A stretch of DNA of 64,000 nucleotides, taken from NCBI GenBank assembly GCA_001244265.2, contig CDLV01000004.1:496001-560000 (forward strand). The letters run 5' to 3'. A program made the translations under genes and the position numbers. Of this stretch, positions 43,683 to 63,717 are shown one piece after another. The stretch's first letter is position 1. Each line of letters starts with the position of its first letter. The stretch is from Microbotryum violaceum. Lineage: Eukaryota. The notes below the pieces were generated by a model. The model saw nothing but the letters and a program-made list of their open reading frames with translations. It did no database searches and was not told the DNA's origin.

Positions 43683-46600
43683 TCAATTGAGAGACGTTGG
43701 CAACAGGCTGGGTGAACGACCTAGGACCACCTCAAACGGCGATTTGTTTGTTGAGGCGTTGACGCTTGCATTGATTGCAAACTCAATGTTGACCAGATAT
43801 CGGACCCAATTGTTCTGCTGCTTGTTGACCACGGCTCGCAAGGCTTGAATGGCGGTCTTGTTGGTCCGTTCGCTACGGCCGTTGGTTTCCGGGTGGAACA
43901 ATGTAGACATGGCGAGTCAAGTGCCCATCAGATTGTGATACGCGCGCTAGAAATGCGATGTAAATAGCTTATCCCGATCGGAGACTATCCTTGTTGGCGG
44001 TCCAAAGAAGCGGTGCCATCCCTCATGAAAACGTTTGGCTATGTCCTTGGCGGTGTCCGCGGCCAGGCTAGGTATCAAGCGCGTGTAGCCCGATAAACGA
44101 TTGGTGATCGTGAGGAGCATGTCGAACCCCTGGCTCTTGGGCAGGGGGCCCACAAAATTGAGAGCCACCTCCTGCATCAGCCCATCCGGCACAGCCAACG
44201 CATGCGATACCCCCAACGCGCCCGTGGTTGTTGCTTTGGTACGTTGACATACATCACATGTTGAGACATAGGCGTCGCATGATGTTCGCAGCCGCGGCCA
44301 GAAGAAAGTCCGAGACACCTGATGGAAGGTCTTGCGCGGGCTGAAGTGACCCAGCGCATTGTGAGCGATGTGTAAGATGTCCTCCCGAAGCTGTGGCACC
44401 GCAGGTACAACCATCCTACCCTCGAAATACAGCACTCCATCCACACAAGAGAACCCTGGCGACGAATCGAGATTGCGCTTGACCTGCTGGCAAAAGGGAT
44501 CGGAGTCATAGCCCTCCACAAGGCGGCCCCGCAGCTGTGTGTCGATGTCCATCTCTGAAACCGCCTGTACGGAATCAGGCTCCCCCTGCGGGAAAGAGTA
44601 CCGGCTCATCGCGTCTGCCACGGTGTTCTCGCCTCCCGGAATGTAGGTGATGTAGAAATCGTAGTCGGCTAGACGTTCGACCCAGCGGGCCTGACGCTTT
44701 GATAGATTTTCCTGCGTCTTGAGGTACTTCAGTGATTCATGGTCAGAAAGGACATGGAAGTGGACACCCATCAAGTTGACTCGCCACTGACGCAGGGCGT
44801 CCACGACCGCCAAAAGCTCCTGTTCATGGGTCGGGTAGTTGACCTGTGCACTGATGTACTGACGAGACCAATACGCCACCGGGTGTGCCTTGCGCCAATC
44901 CCGCCCCTGAAGCAACATGGCGCCTATCCTAACGTTACTTGCATCCGTCATAACCCAGAGGGGATCAGCGGAATCCGTGCGGTCGATTGGCTTGAGACAT
45001 AGCAGCGAGGTGACAATGGCCTTTATGGCGTTGAAGTGTCGCTCTTGCTCGGCACCCCACATGGGTCGGACATTGGCGTTCTTCGACGTTAAATCCGCCA
45101 GAGGTTTGGTATGTTGGGCCAGACCATTGATGAACTTGCGCAAGTATTGAACGAGGCCCAGAAACCCCCGAAGCTCTGTGACAGTCCGCGGACGCGGCCA
45201 CCCCACGATTTGCTCCACCTTCGACTGATCTGCTGCAATCCCGTTTCGCGAAATGACATGCCCCAAAAAGTCGCAAGACGTTCGAAAAAGTTCGGTCTTC
45301 TTTGGCAAACAATACAGATTGGCCCGCCGCAGCGCCTCGAGTACCTCCTTGACGTGGGTTTGATGATCCTCCATGGTATCCGAGAAGATAGTGATGTCGT
45401 CAAGGTAGGCGAAGCAGCTCTTGCCAATGAGACTAGACAGAGCCTCATTGACCCGGCGTTGATGCGTTGCCGGCGCGTTCGACCGGCCCATCGGCATGAC
45501 AACCCACTCGAAGAGCCCCCAGGGGGTTGCCACCGCGGTCTTTGGTATGTCCTCCTCGGCTATCTTCGTCTGGAAAAAGCTGTTCGTCATATCGATCTTG
45601 GACCAGAAGGGCGCCCGAGCTGCAACGGCCAAAATCTCGTCCGGCAGGGGAAGCGGTGTGCGATCTGGTACCGTTGCTGCATTGAGGATCTGATAGTCGT
45701 TGACCCAACGCGGCATAATTGACGGGTCGGTGTCCATACCCTTCTTGGGAATGATGAAGGCCGGCAAGGAGTATTCCGACGATGATGGGCGAAGACGACC
45801 GGCCGCGAGGTGTTCATCCAGTAAGCGTTGCCACACCGCACGCCAGCGCATCGGAGTGCCGTAGGTTGGTTGCCGCGGAGTCTTCATACCAGGTTTCAGC
45901 GCGATACGATGGCGGACCTTTTACTCGTACTGTAAGACCGGCGGGATGTCTGCCGGAAATCGGTCAGAGAACTCCTTGCGAAATGCGACTTCAAGTGCTC
46001 GCAATTGCGACTCTTCCGCTTGCTGCTCTTCGAGATGAGCGAGACAGGCCCGAATGCTCGCCTGAACCGCACTCTCCGACCATTCCCCCTTCTCCCCCCG
46101 GTGCATCAGATCGATACGCTTGCCGGGTAGGGTTGGATCGGGGGCCAGCACTCGACGCCTTTTGCAGTCGACCAGGATATTGTGTCGCTTTAAGAACGGT
46201 CGCCCCAACACCACTTTCAACAACGTCAATGGCGCAATCTTCAGAACGACGTGCTGGGTAGATGTTGTGGGAAATTAGTAAAGGGTCAGCGGTCCAGAGG
46301 GACTTGTGGCATTGGGAAGTTGGCGCGCGCGTAGTGTGGCGCCGGATGGAGGCAGATGGCGGTGTGGCGTATTGATTGGACTCAGAGGTGGCTTGCACAC
46401 GGATACTATCTAAGGCTCTGGTCTCGTTCACTCTCTCCTTCTTCTTTAACACACACTCGATATCTATCTCGCCCATTCGCCTGCTACAAGTTGATTGACC
46501 TTGGCAATACTCTATCTCACAATAGGTCATCTATGAACGCCGTGTAGCTACAGCAAATCTTCATTCATTCACTGGTACTCCAAGTCCAAATCCACAACAG

Positions 46601-48701
46601 GTTATGAGTTCGACGACTACCACCAATGTATCGAATGAAGGGGACGTCAAGATCACCAAGCTCGGTAAAGATAACTACGAGCTGTGGTCGATCCGAGTCA
46701 ACGCATTCCTCGAAGGTTGTGGCTACAGCAGTGTACTTCAACACGGAGCTGACCGACCATCGAGTATGGATGTGCAAGCATGGAAGACTCTCCATGGCAT
46801 CGACCCAAGTCTAGAGGAGGGCAAGATCCCGACTCTAATCACCAAGTGGGATCGTAGTGCGCGCGCAATCATCATCTCGTGCCTCGATGATTCGAATCTC
46901 AAGATGGTCAAGAGCAAGTCGCTCTCAGCCAAAAACATCTGGGAAAAGTTGAAACAACACCACGAAGGGAACGCTGATCCGTTCAAGATTTGCACGCTAC
47001 TCTACGAGATTTCGAATGCGTCGTACGATGAGGACACCAACCTCGGCGAGTTTCTCCAGGGCATCACGGACAAGGTCGATCAACTCGAAGATCTCGGCCA
47101 AAAGTTCAAGGATGAAGCCATCGTCGCGTTTATGCTTCAAGCTCTACCTCCCTCATACGAGATGCTCAAGCAAGCTATAAAGCTCAGCGATAAGTGCTCG
47201 GTTGACTACGCCGTCAATCGACTTACCGACGAGTACAGTGAACGCAAGCTCACTGGCAAGTACGACAAATTACTCAAGAACGCGGGAGCGTTAGCGGTTC
47301 GCGAAGGCACGCAAGTCAAGCGTGATCCGAACTGCATTTGTCGTGGTTGCAAGGGAACCGGCCATTACCAAATCGATCCGGAATGTCCCAAGTACGATCC
47401 GAACGCCAAACGCGGTCGTAACAAGAACCACAGCAACAAGAAGAAGAAGCAACATAAGCATTCCAAGGGATCTGCGGATTCGGAGGAGTCGGCTTCTTTT
47501 GCGTTGGTGGTCAAGTCTCTCGAGGAGCCATTCGCTTCACATCAACGTCGCAAATAGGGTGTCACAGAACGACCAGAGTGAGATCTGGATCCTGGACACC
47601 GGTGCAAGTCAGCACTACATTGGCAACGCAAGTCTGCTTACCAACCGTCAACATGGAAGTCTGAACGTTCAAACCGCAAGCGGTCAGGTAGTACATTGCG
47701 ACACGTATGGTACGGTACGGTTCAAGTTGAGAAGCGGGGCCTCGCTCTCACTTTTGAACGTCTACCATCTCCCGGGCGCTCCGGTGAACCTCGTCTCGAC
47801 TCGTGCTCTATACCGATCAGGAGCTAGTTGCGGATAGGAAGATGGCAGGGATGTCATGACGATCAAGATCAAAGGGCTGACCGTAGCAAAGACGCTGAAC
47901 GGTACCGGTTACACCCTCGACTTTACGCGCATTGTCGAGGACCAAGCTCATGTTGCAACTCGTGCGACAGTGGGAGCGCCTTTGATGGAATGGCATCGTC
48001 GCTACGGCCACATCGCCGTGAGCTCGCTCAAGGAGCTCGTCAAGTCAGGCGCTGTAGATGGACTAGTTCTCACTGACGAGAAGGTCCACAACTGCGAGCC
48101 CTGCATCAGTTCCAAGTCTCGCGTATCGAAGTTCTCCGAGTTGGTTACTCATGTCAACAACGTCCTTCAACGCGTATTCATGGACATCGGATTTGTCACA
48201 GAAGATCAAGTCGATTTTCAAGGTCGAAAGGCGTACCTGGCTATTGTAGACCAGTACTCGACTGCGAAGTGGACATTTCCGTTGAAGACCAAGTCGGCCA
48301 AAGAAGTCACTTGCGTATGGATTGCATTTCGACATGGTGTCGAGAAGATGACTGGTCGCAAAATCAAGTGCGTTTGCACGGACAATGGCAACGAGTTCAC
48401 CAACAAGCTCTTTGGCACAGATTTCCAAAGTCAAGGAATTCTACATGAGACCTCAGCACCGTACACCCCACAACAGAATGGAACGGTTGAACGCTTCAAT
48501 GGCCGTTGATGGCGATCGTTTGTGCGGTCCTTGCAGCCTCCAAGCTGTCCTGGAAGTACTGGTCTTATGCGATGGAGTACGCCACGTTCGTCGCGAATCG
48601 GGTCCTACACTCCAAGTTGGATGGCAAGATGGCTTACGAAGTTTTCTACGGAAAGAAGCCCAAGGTCTCGCACTTTCGTCCGTTTGGATTGACCGTCTTC
48701 G

Positions 48702-50543
48702 TGTAAGGCCCAGCGTTGGGCCTTGCAGGTGACAGGATACGAGTATGTATTCCAAAGAATAAACTGGTCGGAAAGGAAGAGAGGCCCTACTTTCCGGCAA
48801 TGCCTAAGGCCAGACGCGCATCGGGCCTTTGAGTAACTACAGAGTATTACACTCTCCACCACCTGAACCAAACCCTGCCTCCCTTATCTACTTCTTCTCT
48901 TCTTCATCCTCCTCTTCTTTCTCAGATCCTCCCAGCCATTCATTCTCAAACGCCTCGTCCAATTCCGAGTCACTTGAGTCGGAACCCCACGGTTGACGGT
49001 ATGCCTGGTCGCCCATGAAGTTGAGTTGATCCAGGTGGTCCCCAATTGTCCCGCCTGTCGTCTTTGGGCACTCGCGAATACTATGCCCCATTTCCCGGCA
49101 GTTGAAGCAGCGACCCTCATCAATGCACTGTTGTCGGGCCTCAGCTGTCAATGGTGTGCGCCTTGCCATGTTTGATTTGAGATCCCGTGGCGAGCGAGTG
49201 ATACGGGAGTTGGTGACGGACACTTGACCTTTCCACTCGAGTCCCAGCAAGGAAGCGACCGCCGTCATGTGTCCAATGAGCGAGTTCACTGTGAATGTTG
49301 AGAGTGTAAAGCCGGCAGTTGAGGTGGTACGCGCATACAGTAGGTCGTTGGCGTGATGTAGCAAGTGTCGTTTGAATTGGTCGTCATTGATGAACTTTCC
49401 CCCGTCCTTGCCAATACCCAAGGTTGCGCGCCGACTCGCTAGCTTCGCAGCGTACGTAGTGAAAGAATCCGACCCTTGTCGCGTACGGTAGAAGTCGTGC
49501 TCGGCGGTGAGCACAAAGCCCGAGTCCAGGAACCGTTCCCTCACCTCAGCCGCAAAGGCATCCCATGTCGTCAATGCCTTCAGTTCATCCCTGTGCTGAT
49601 TCCACCAAATTTTCCCTTCGCCCTGCATTTTCATGCCAGCTTCCCTGATTTGTCGAACGACCGTCAACGTCTCATCGGAACGCTTGAGATCCCCGAATGC
49701 CTCGATTGCGTCCTCGCAGTCGCCTAGCCAGAGGATGACGTCCTCCGCCGTAAACGGTGCCTTGAGCTCTGGCATGTGGAGTTGTGTGGGCGCTCGGTCC
49801 GACATCTTCGGCATCGACTTTGGTACGAGATGCGGCGGAGCGTCCTTGTTCGGTGGGGGTCCCTGATCCTTGCTGTTTCTGGTTTGTGGGGCCAGATTGG
49901 AAAGCGGGGCGTCGGCGACGGATGGGCGCGGGCGGGTGGCGGCGATTGCGTGCGAAGCAAAAAAGAAACGAAACCGTGCGGGCGAGCGACGGAGGGGCGC
50001 GTTCGGCGAGCGACGGTGGCGGTCGCGTGCGAAGTGAAAAGAAAAAGGGCGGACGAGCGACGACGGTCGCGTAAACGGCGAACAACCTCAGCAGTTGTGT
50101 GTGACGGCGAACGACCAAGTCGTGTAAGCAATGCGGCGAACGTCTTGCGACGTATGATGTGGACGGCGAACAGAGACGGCTCTGTATGACAAACGACGCG
50201 AGTCGTGTGGGGGTGCGGCGAACGTCTTGCGACGTGTGATGTGGACGGCGAACAGAGACGGCTCTGTATGACAAACGACAAGTGTCGTGCGGGGTGTGCG
50301 GCGAACGACCTGCGTCGTGTGTACGTCGAGCCGGTTTGAAGCGGTGACGGAGTGTTCTTGGCGAATTCTTGTATCGGATGTCAAAAAAAAAATGTAAGGC
50401 CCCAGCGTCGGGCCTTGCAGGTGACAGGATACGAGTATGTATTCCAAAGAATAAACTGGTCGGAAAGGAAGAGAGGCCCTACTTTCCGGCAATGCCTAAG
50501 GCCAGACGCGCATCGGGCCTTTGAGTAACTACAGAGTATTACA
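48702..50543 (-). mobile_element. Non-autonomous gag-only LTR element
   Basis: 150/151-bp LTRs 50393-50543 and 48702-48851, TSD CTTCG/CTTTG, PPT AGGTGGTGGAGAG, single gag ORF, tandem repeats of about 83 bp in the leader. Confidence 0.92.
48888..49814 (-). CDS. Retrotransposon Gag with CCHC zinc knuckle (308 aa, open)
   Basis: AEDVILWL..GKIWW..TWDAFAAEVRERF..RQGSDSFTTY (Retrotrans_gag-like), CFNCREMGHSIREC, acidic tail. Confidence 0.85.
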   Translation of the reverse strand: MPKMSDRAPTQLHMPELKAPFTAEDVILWLGDCEDAIEAFGDLKRSDETLTVVRQIREAGMKMQGEGKIWWNQHRDELKALTTWDAFAAEVRERFLDSGFVLTAEHDFYRTRQGSDSFTTYAAKLASRRATLGIGKDGGKFINDDQFKRHLLHHANDLLYARTTSTAGFTLSTFTVNSLIGHMTAVASLLGLEWKGQVSVTNSRITRSPRDLKSNMARRTPLTAEARQQCIDEGRCFNCREMGHSIRECPKTTGGTIGDHLDQLNFMGDQAYRQPWGSDSSDSELDEAFENEWLGGSEKEEEDEEEKK

Positions 50544-53122
50544 CTTTGCGCAAGTCCCCAAGTCGAAACGCTCTAAGCTCAAGCCAACTTCAGTCAGGGG
50601 AACGTTCATCGGGTATGACAAAGAGTACAACTATCGCGTGCTTGTCGACTCCGATTTGGAACACAAGGTGGTCATCACACGCGACATTGCGGTCTTGAAC
50701 CTGCAACCAGAGGAGGTCCGTGCACCAGAGGTCACGACTTTGCTCAAGGGGCCAGATGAAGATGTGGGTCCTGTCTTGGAAGGCAATGACGCCGGAGACG
50801 AACTTCAGGGTGAGGTTGCTGTAGAGCAGATAGCCCCTGCTCGTCCGAACCGTCCTCGTTGGGAATACAGATATCCCGCGGTTAGGGGTCGAAACCCAGG
50901 CAGGTTTGAGGAGATCGACGCAGGCAACAAGATTCATCAGCGTACTCGTGGCCAAAGACGCATCGCGGAACAACAAGGTCTCTTTGTCACAGATATACCC
51001 GAACTTGATCCCGAACCACCCATCATGTCTGGCTATGCAATGATCAGCACGGATCGACCGGCCGTACCCAGCAGCTACGAAGAAGCAATGAATAATGTCA
51101 AAGCGGACAAGTGGAAGGAAGCTATCCAGGACGAACTCAATGCGATGGATCGTCATCAAGTCCTTGCAGACTCGGATCGTCCCCACGGTGCTTGCGCTCT
51201 CGGTCAAAGTGGGTTCTTGCTCGTAAGGAGAACGCTCAAGGAGAAGTCATTTGTTACAAGGCTCGATTGGTCACGCAAGGTTTTGCACAGCAATCTGGCA
51301 TTGACTACAATGAGACTTTCGCTCTTGTTGCTCGCTCTACAACGATTCTCTTTCTCATCACCATTGCTGCATCCCAAGGACTGTGCCTCGAACAATTCAA
51401 TTACGACTCAGCGTTTCTGAACGGAACGATGAAGGAGATGGTCTACATGAAGTATCCCAAGGGTTGGGATCGTCCTCAGCTTGGCCAAGTCCTTCGTCTT
51501 GTCAAATCAGTGTATGGAACGAAGCAAGCTCCTCGAGAATGGAACTCGGCAGTCAACAAACTCATGGTTGCTTGTGGTTACTCGCGATCTGACGCCGATT
51601 CATGTCTTTACATCAAGCGTGTTGAGGAGATGTTCATCTACATTACTCTTTACATCAATGATGGACTCGCTGCCTCGAACAATCAGACGTTTCTGGATTC
51701 GGAGATCCAAGCTTTCAACAAGGTGTACCAACTCAAGCGACTTGGTCCTGTGAAGGTGTTTCTCGGTCTCGAATTCTTGCGCTTGTCCAAGTTCATCTTC
51801 GTGCACCAGTCCAAGTTCATCAGGAGCCTTGTCGCTACGTATGGCGGATATCACGGATCGAAGCACCCAGCGAAGGTCCCGATGGAGCCCAGGTTGAACA
51901 TGGAACACTCGGTGGAGCTGTTCGATGACATTGCACTCTACCAGTCAGCAGTGGGAGCTTTGCAGTATACTGCGCATCGTGCTTGTCCCGACATTGTCAC
52001 TTCGGTTCGTGCAGCAGCTTCCAAGGTTTCAGCTCCTACCCAGACCGACTGGATCGCGGTGAAGAGGATCATCCGCTACTTGCAAGGTACCATTGACTGG
52101 GGACTCAAGTACAACCTCGAGGGTTTGACTGTGTTCGAACTCTACTCAGATGCCTTGTGGTGAGACGACATGTTGACTGGCAAGTTGATAGGAGCGTTCA
52201 TCTTGATCATGGCAGGCGCAGCAATTTCTTGGCAGAGTAAGCAGCAATCGATGGTTGCGACTTCGACTACTGAGGCCAAGATCTTGGCTGTTTCCGCAAC
52301 AGCAAAGGAGGCCATGTGGCTTCAACGCCTGGCTGCGGATCTCAAGATTCAACAGCCTGGATCTACACTTCTCTGGGAGGACAATCAGGCGGTGATTGCA
52401 ATCGCACAGAACCCGGCTCATCATGGTAAGACGAAGCACTACAGTGTGCATCACTTCTACATTCGCGAGCGAGTTACGACTGGCGACATTCGAATCAAGT
52501 ATTGCAAGACAGGAGCCATGACTGCGGATTGTCTCACCAAGCCGCTCGCTCGCAACTTGTTCGAACTTCATTGTGATGGATTGGGGATGGTATCCCTTGG
52601 AGCCTTGACCAGTGGGAGTGTTGTGGGAAATTAGTAAAGGGTCAGCGGTCCAGAGGGACTTGTGGCATTGGGAAGTTGGCGCGCGCGTGGTGCGGCGCCG
52701 GATGGAGGCAGATGGCGGTGTGGCGTATTGATTGGACTCAGAGGTGGCTTGCACACGGATACTATCTAAGGCTCTGGTCTCGTTCACTCTCTCCTTCTTC
52801 TTTAACACACACTTGATATCTATCTTGCCCATTTGCCTGCTACAAGTTGATTGACCTTGGTGATACTCTATCTCACAATAGGTTAGTTGTAATACATTTA
52901 AACACACACTCAATATCTATCTCGCCCATTTGCCTGCTACAAGTTGATTGACCTTGGCAATACTCTATCTCACAATAGGTCATCTATCAACGCCGTGTAG
53001 CTACAGCAAATCTTCATTCATTCATTGGTACTCCAAGTCCATATCCACAACAGTAGACCATCGGCCATTCAGGGTATGAAGTGGCACACACACAAATTCA
53101 GTGATGGGATGCGAGACCCTGA

Positions 53123-53200
53123 TTTTTTTTTTTTTTTTTTGTATGAGACTTTGGATTGCAACACTAACAGATGTGGGTACCTGAAGCTTCCTCCGTGTCA
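53123..53200 (-). repeat. Short poly(A)-tailed retroposon 3' end
   Basis: T18 at 53123-53140 followed by about 60 bp unrelated to either flank. Confidence 0.4.
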
Positions 53201-54231
<1,031 letters not shown>

Positions 54232-54234
54232 TCA

Positions 54235-54597
<363 letters not shown>

Positions 54598-54600
54598 TCA

Positions 54601-54897
<297 letters not shown>

Positions 54898-55913
54898 TCA
54901 AAAAAAAATTGGAAGCACCGCGTGCAGCGGTGCTCCAGAACGATAGACAGGATCAAACAATAGTAATTCACTAGAACCTCAGGTCAGTGAGCTAGCATAC
55001 TACACATATGAGAAAAGGGGCACCCACCTAGAACCTTGGGTCAGTGAGCTGGCGAAAGCCAAGGGAGGTTCTAGGTGCACGCAAGCTATTCAACTAAGCC
55101 AAAAGTTCTATCGCCTTCCATTGTACCTCGGGCAAAGGCCTCAGGCCTTGCAGTTTGGTGGACGGCGGTCACCAAGCGGTAGCGGTGAGGCTGGTCGCAT
55201 TGAGGTCGAGCTTCGGGGTGGCCACCAACAGGTGGGCAATGGAGGTGAGCGCCTCGCGGACTTTCAGGTTGATTGGGACGCTAGCGTTGGGCCGCGTTTT
55301 TGTGCCGATCTTGTTGTACAGCAGAGTAATGTGTGGGCGGGCTTGAGGGGCGATGTTCAGAGCCCAGCTGAGCCAGCCTGTCATTTGGCGCCATTGCCGC
55401 AGAGGTGGGCACCTACCGGGGAAGTCCAGGAAAGCCTGGATGGCCGTAGCAAGGTCGTTGACTGCTTTTGGTGTGAGGGAGATCGAGAAGTTGTTGAGGT
55501 CGCAGTATATACCCGTGATTGTCACGCATCGGCCAAAGGGGGCTTTGTTAGGTGTGAGCTTGAACGGGAGCCCGAGCGAGCTCCAGAGAGTTGCCATCCG
55601 CGCTTGCTGCGAGGGAATGATGTGGGTCTCACCGAAAGGAACTAGACGGCCCTCGATATCGACCCCAAAGGTGTCCTCCATGTAGGTAAGGGGGTGCTCA
55701 ATGCCGTAGGAGTGATGAGCTATCCAAACGACGAGTGACATGAAGCATGTCCAGAGGAAGGGCATCGTGCGAGGACCTAGTTAGCCGAGAGCAAGCTGGT
55801 GGCAAAGCGGTGCCACCGGAGCAGACAAATGAAGTCAACGATAGAATCGTAAACCGTCAGGCAAGCCGCACAAGATATGCCGCCATTGAGGCCAGACCTT
55901 GTGTGATCGGTGA

Positions 55914-61800
<5,887 letters not shown>

Positions 61801-62196
61801 TGACCAGAAACCGTGAATGAACAATTGGACGAGGGCGCGATCGGAATGTTGTAGGAGAAGAGTTTCAAATTTCGTGTTGTCAATTGTGCAGACGAAACTG
61901 AATTGGGACGGGTACATGCGGTGTGCCCACTGGATGAGATGAAGTTGCGCTGGGGTGTAGGTTGCGCGCGCAAGCGGCCCTGCCAGGCCGGACGCGGTGG
62001 AGGAGAGAAGGGGTGTGGTGGGTGGGTCCGAAGAGGGGGACCGAAATGGAATCGACGCTGAATGCGGGGTGCCGGCCCGATGCCAGCAAGGAGGGAGGGG
62101 GGAGGGTGAACAGGAGGCGACCATGAGTCGTCGGGTGAATCATGGTGGGGTGACAGGGGGACCTGGTCTTCCGAGCTGTCGCCGTCTTCTAGGAAT

Positions 62197-63717
62197 CTAT
62201 TGCCGAGCGGCAGAATGAGCAGAAGATTTGGCCGCCATCTTTGCAAGTTTGCGTCCAATCCCGGTCTCGAGATTTGGGCAACCGCTATCACCAGATTGGT
62301 GGTCCTTTGCCTCGCAATCGAGGCAAACATGCTCGCGACCGCACAACGCAAGCGGATGCGGCTGTCGTCTGTTGTAGCGGATACAGATCCAATCCTTGCC
62401 ATTGGACAATTTGCTTTTCTTGGTGCGGGTGTTTGTCTCCTGGGATGAGCCTTGAACCCGCCAAAATGTATGCTCCTCGAGCTCGGGATTGTTTGGGAGG
62501 GCTGCGACCAAGAGGATAGTGTTAACGTACGCCGCGTGGGACTCGCTCGCTTCGAGGAGGGAGGTGACTCTGTTGTTTGGTTTGGCGCACATGCGGCGAA
62601 AGCAATCGTCAAAAGCGATGGGAAGTTTGGCGCCCTTGAAGCCGTTTTGAGCGCCGGCGTGCATCTCGTCAAGGAACTTCAGGTAGTGTGTCCAGTTGGC
62701 GCCGTCGTATGTGCCGAAGGCTGCGTTTTCCACCGCTTTGATCTCCTTGAGTGCTCGGATGAACTCGGAGAAGTCAGTGACAGGAGGCTTGGCCCTTGAC
62801 GCTTTCTTTTGAGCCCGGGCCTGGATCCCCTTGAACTCAATACCGTTGTTGTTGGTGTACGAGTCAAAGAGCTCGGCTTCTTGGCGGTGCACGACATCAC
62901 TGATGTTGACAAAGCCGCCCGACATGATTTTCATCACTTCAATGACGTCCATCTTGACGACTCCCTGGCGTTGCAGCTGGGTACGGAACACTCCCGCGGC
63001 CGTCTTGAGCCAAGTTGGGTCATTGCGGGGGAGGTGGCATGCTTGGTCCCAGGCCTCCTCTTGCCAAAGCTGTTCGATCACCTTGGGGTCAGAGGAATAG
63101 GCCGGCGTGAATCGAGCGGCGGTGAGGCGGCCTAGGCGGTAGCGACGAGACTCATCCTCGACCTCGAGGGCACCAACAAGAGGGGTCTGAGAGCCAGCCG
63201 GCAGGGGCGGCGCTACGCCGAGCTGTTGTTGCACTGTCGGGAAATGCGAGCTAAGAACCTGCGACGGCGCCGTTTGCGCACACAAGGTCGGAGGTCGAGT
63301 GGGGGCGGAGCCGGCGAGTTGTATGAGCTGATCCATTTGCTGACTTTCCTCATCCACCCACTGGTCTTTGTTGATTGCGGCTTGGGTTGAGACGAGAGTA
63401 CCCTTCAGCAAGGGAATCATCTGGAACACGCAACCAGCAGGGAAATCCGCCATGTCAAGCTGGGTGGAGTCGACAAACAAGCGGTCAATAACGAGAATTT
63501 TGTCGTCGGTGCCTCTCGGAAGGTTGTTCACGCGGTATGCCGGGACATCGCCCATGCCTTCGATGGGCACGGTCTGCGGTCGCGTCGTCGTGCCAGGTGG
63601 CGCAGGGCGCGCCCCAGGGGTGGGGTCGGTACCGGGTGTGTTGCTGTCCGTGAGGGTCTGAGCCGGCGCTGAGGGAGCTCCCCTTCGGTATAGCCCGTCA
63701 TTGGTCCAGTAGCGCAA
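62197..63717 (-). CDS. Gag-like ORF1 of the YR retrotransposon; start uncertain
   Basis: Long open frame ending CIRYN..CGREHVCLDC..H..C, upstream of the RT-like frame. Confidence 0.7.
   Translation of the reverse strand: MRYWTNDGLYRRGAPSAPAQTLTDSNTPGTDPTPGARPAPPGTTTRPQTVPIEGMGDVPAYRVNNLPRGTDDKILVIDRLFVDSTQLDMADFPAGCVFQMIPLLKGTLVSTQAAINKDQWVDEESQQMDQLIQLAGSAPTRPPTLCAQTAPSQVLSSHFPTVQQQLGVAPPLPAGSQTPLVGALEVEDESRRYRLGRLTAARFTPAYSSDPKVIEQLWQEEAWDQACHLPRNDPTWLKTAAGVFRTQLQRQGVVKMDVIEVMKIMSGGFVNISDVVHRQEAELFDSYTNNNGIEFKGIQARAQKKASRAKPPVTDFSEFIRALKEIKAVENAAFGTYDGANWTHYLKFLDEMHAGAQNGFKGAKLPIAFDDCFRRMCAKPNNRVTSLLEASESHAAYVNTILLVAALPNNPELEEHTFWRVQGSSQETNTRTKKSKLSNGKDWICIRYNRRQPHPLALCGREHVCLDCEAKDHQSGDSGCPNLETGIGRKLAKMAAKSSAHSAARQ

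Larger units (their letters stand above)
46263..53052 (+). mobile_element. Ty1/copia LTR retrotransposon 2, degenerate
   Basis: LTRs 46263-46599 and 52619-53052, TSD GTAGA, PBS GGTTATGAG, PPT AGTGGGAG. gag 46604-47557, [34 protein letters not shown]. Confidence 0.95.
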
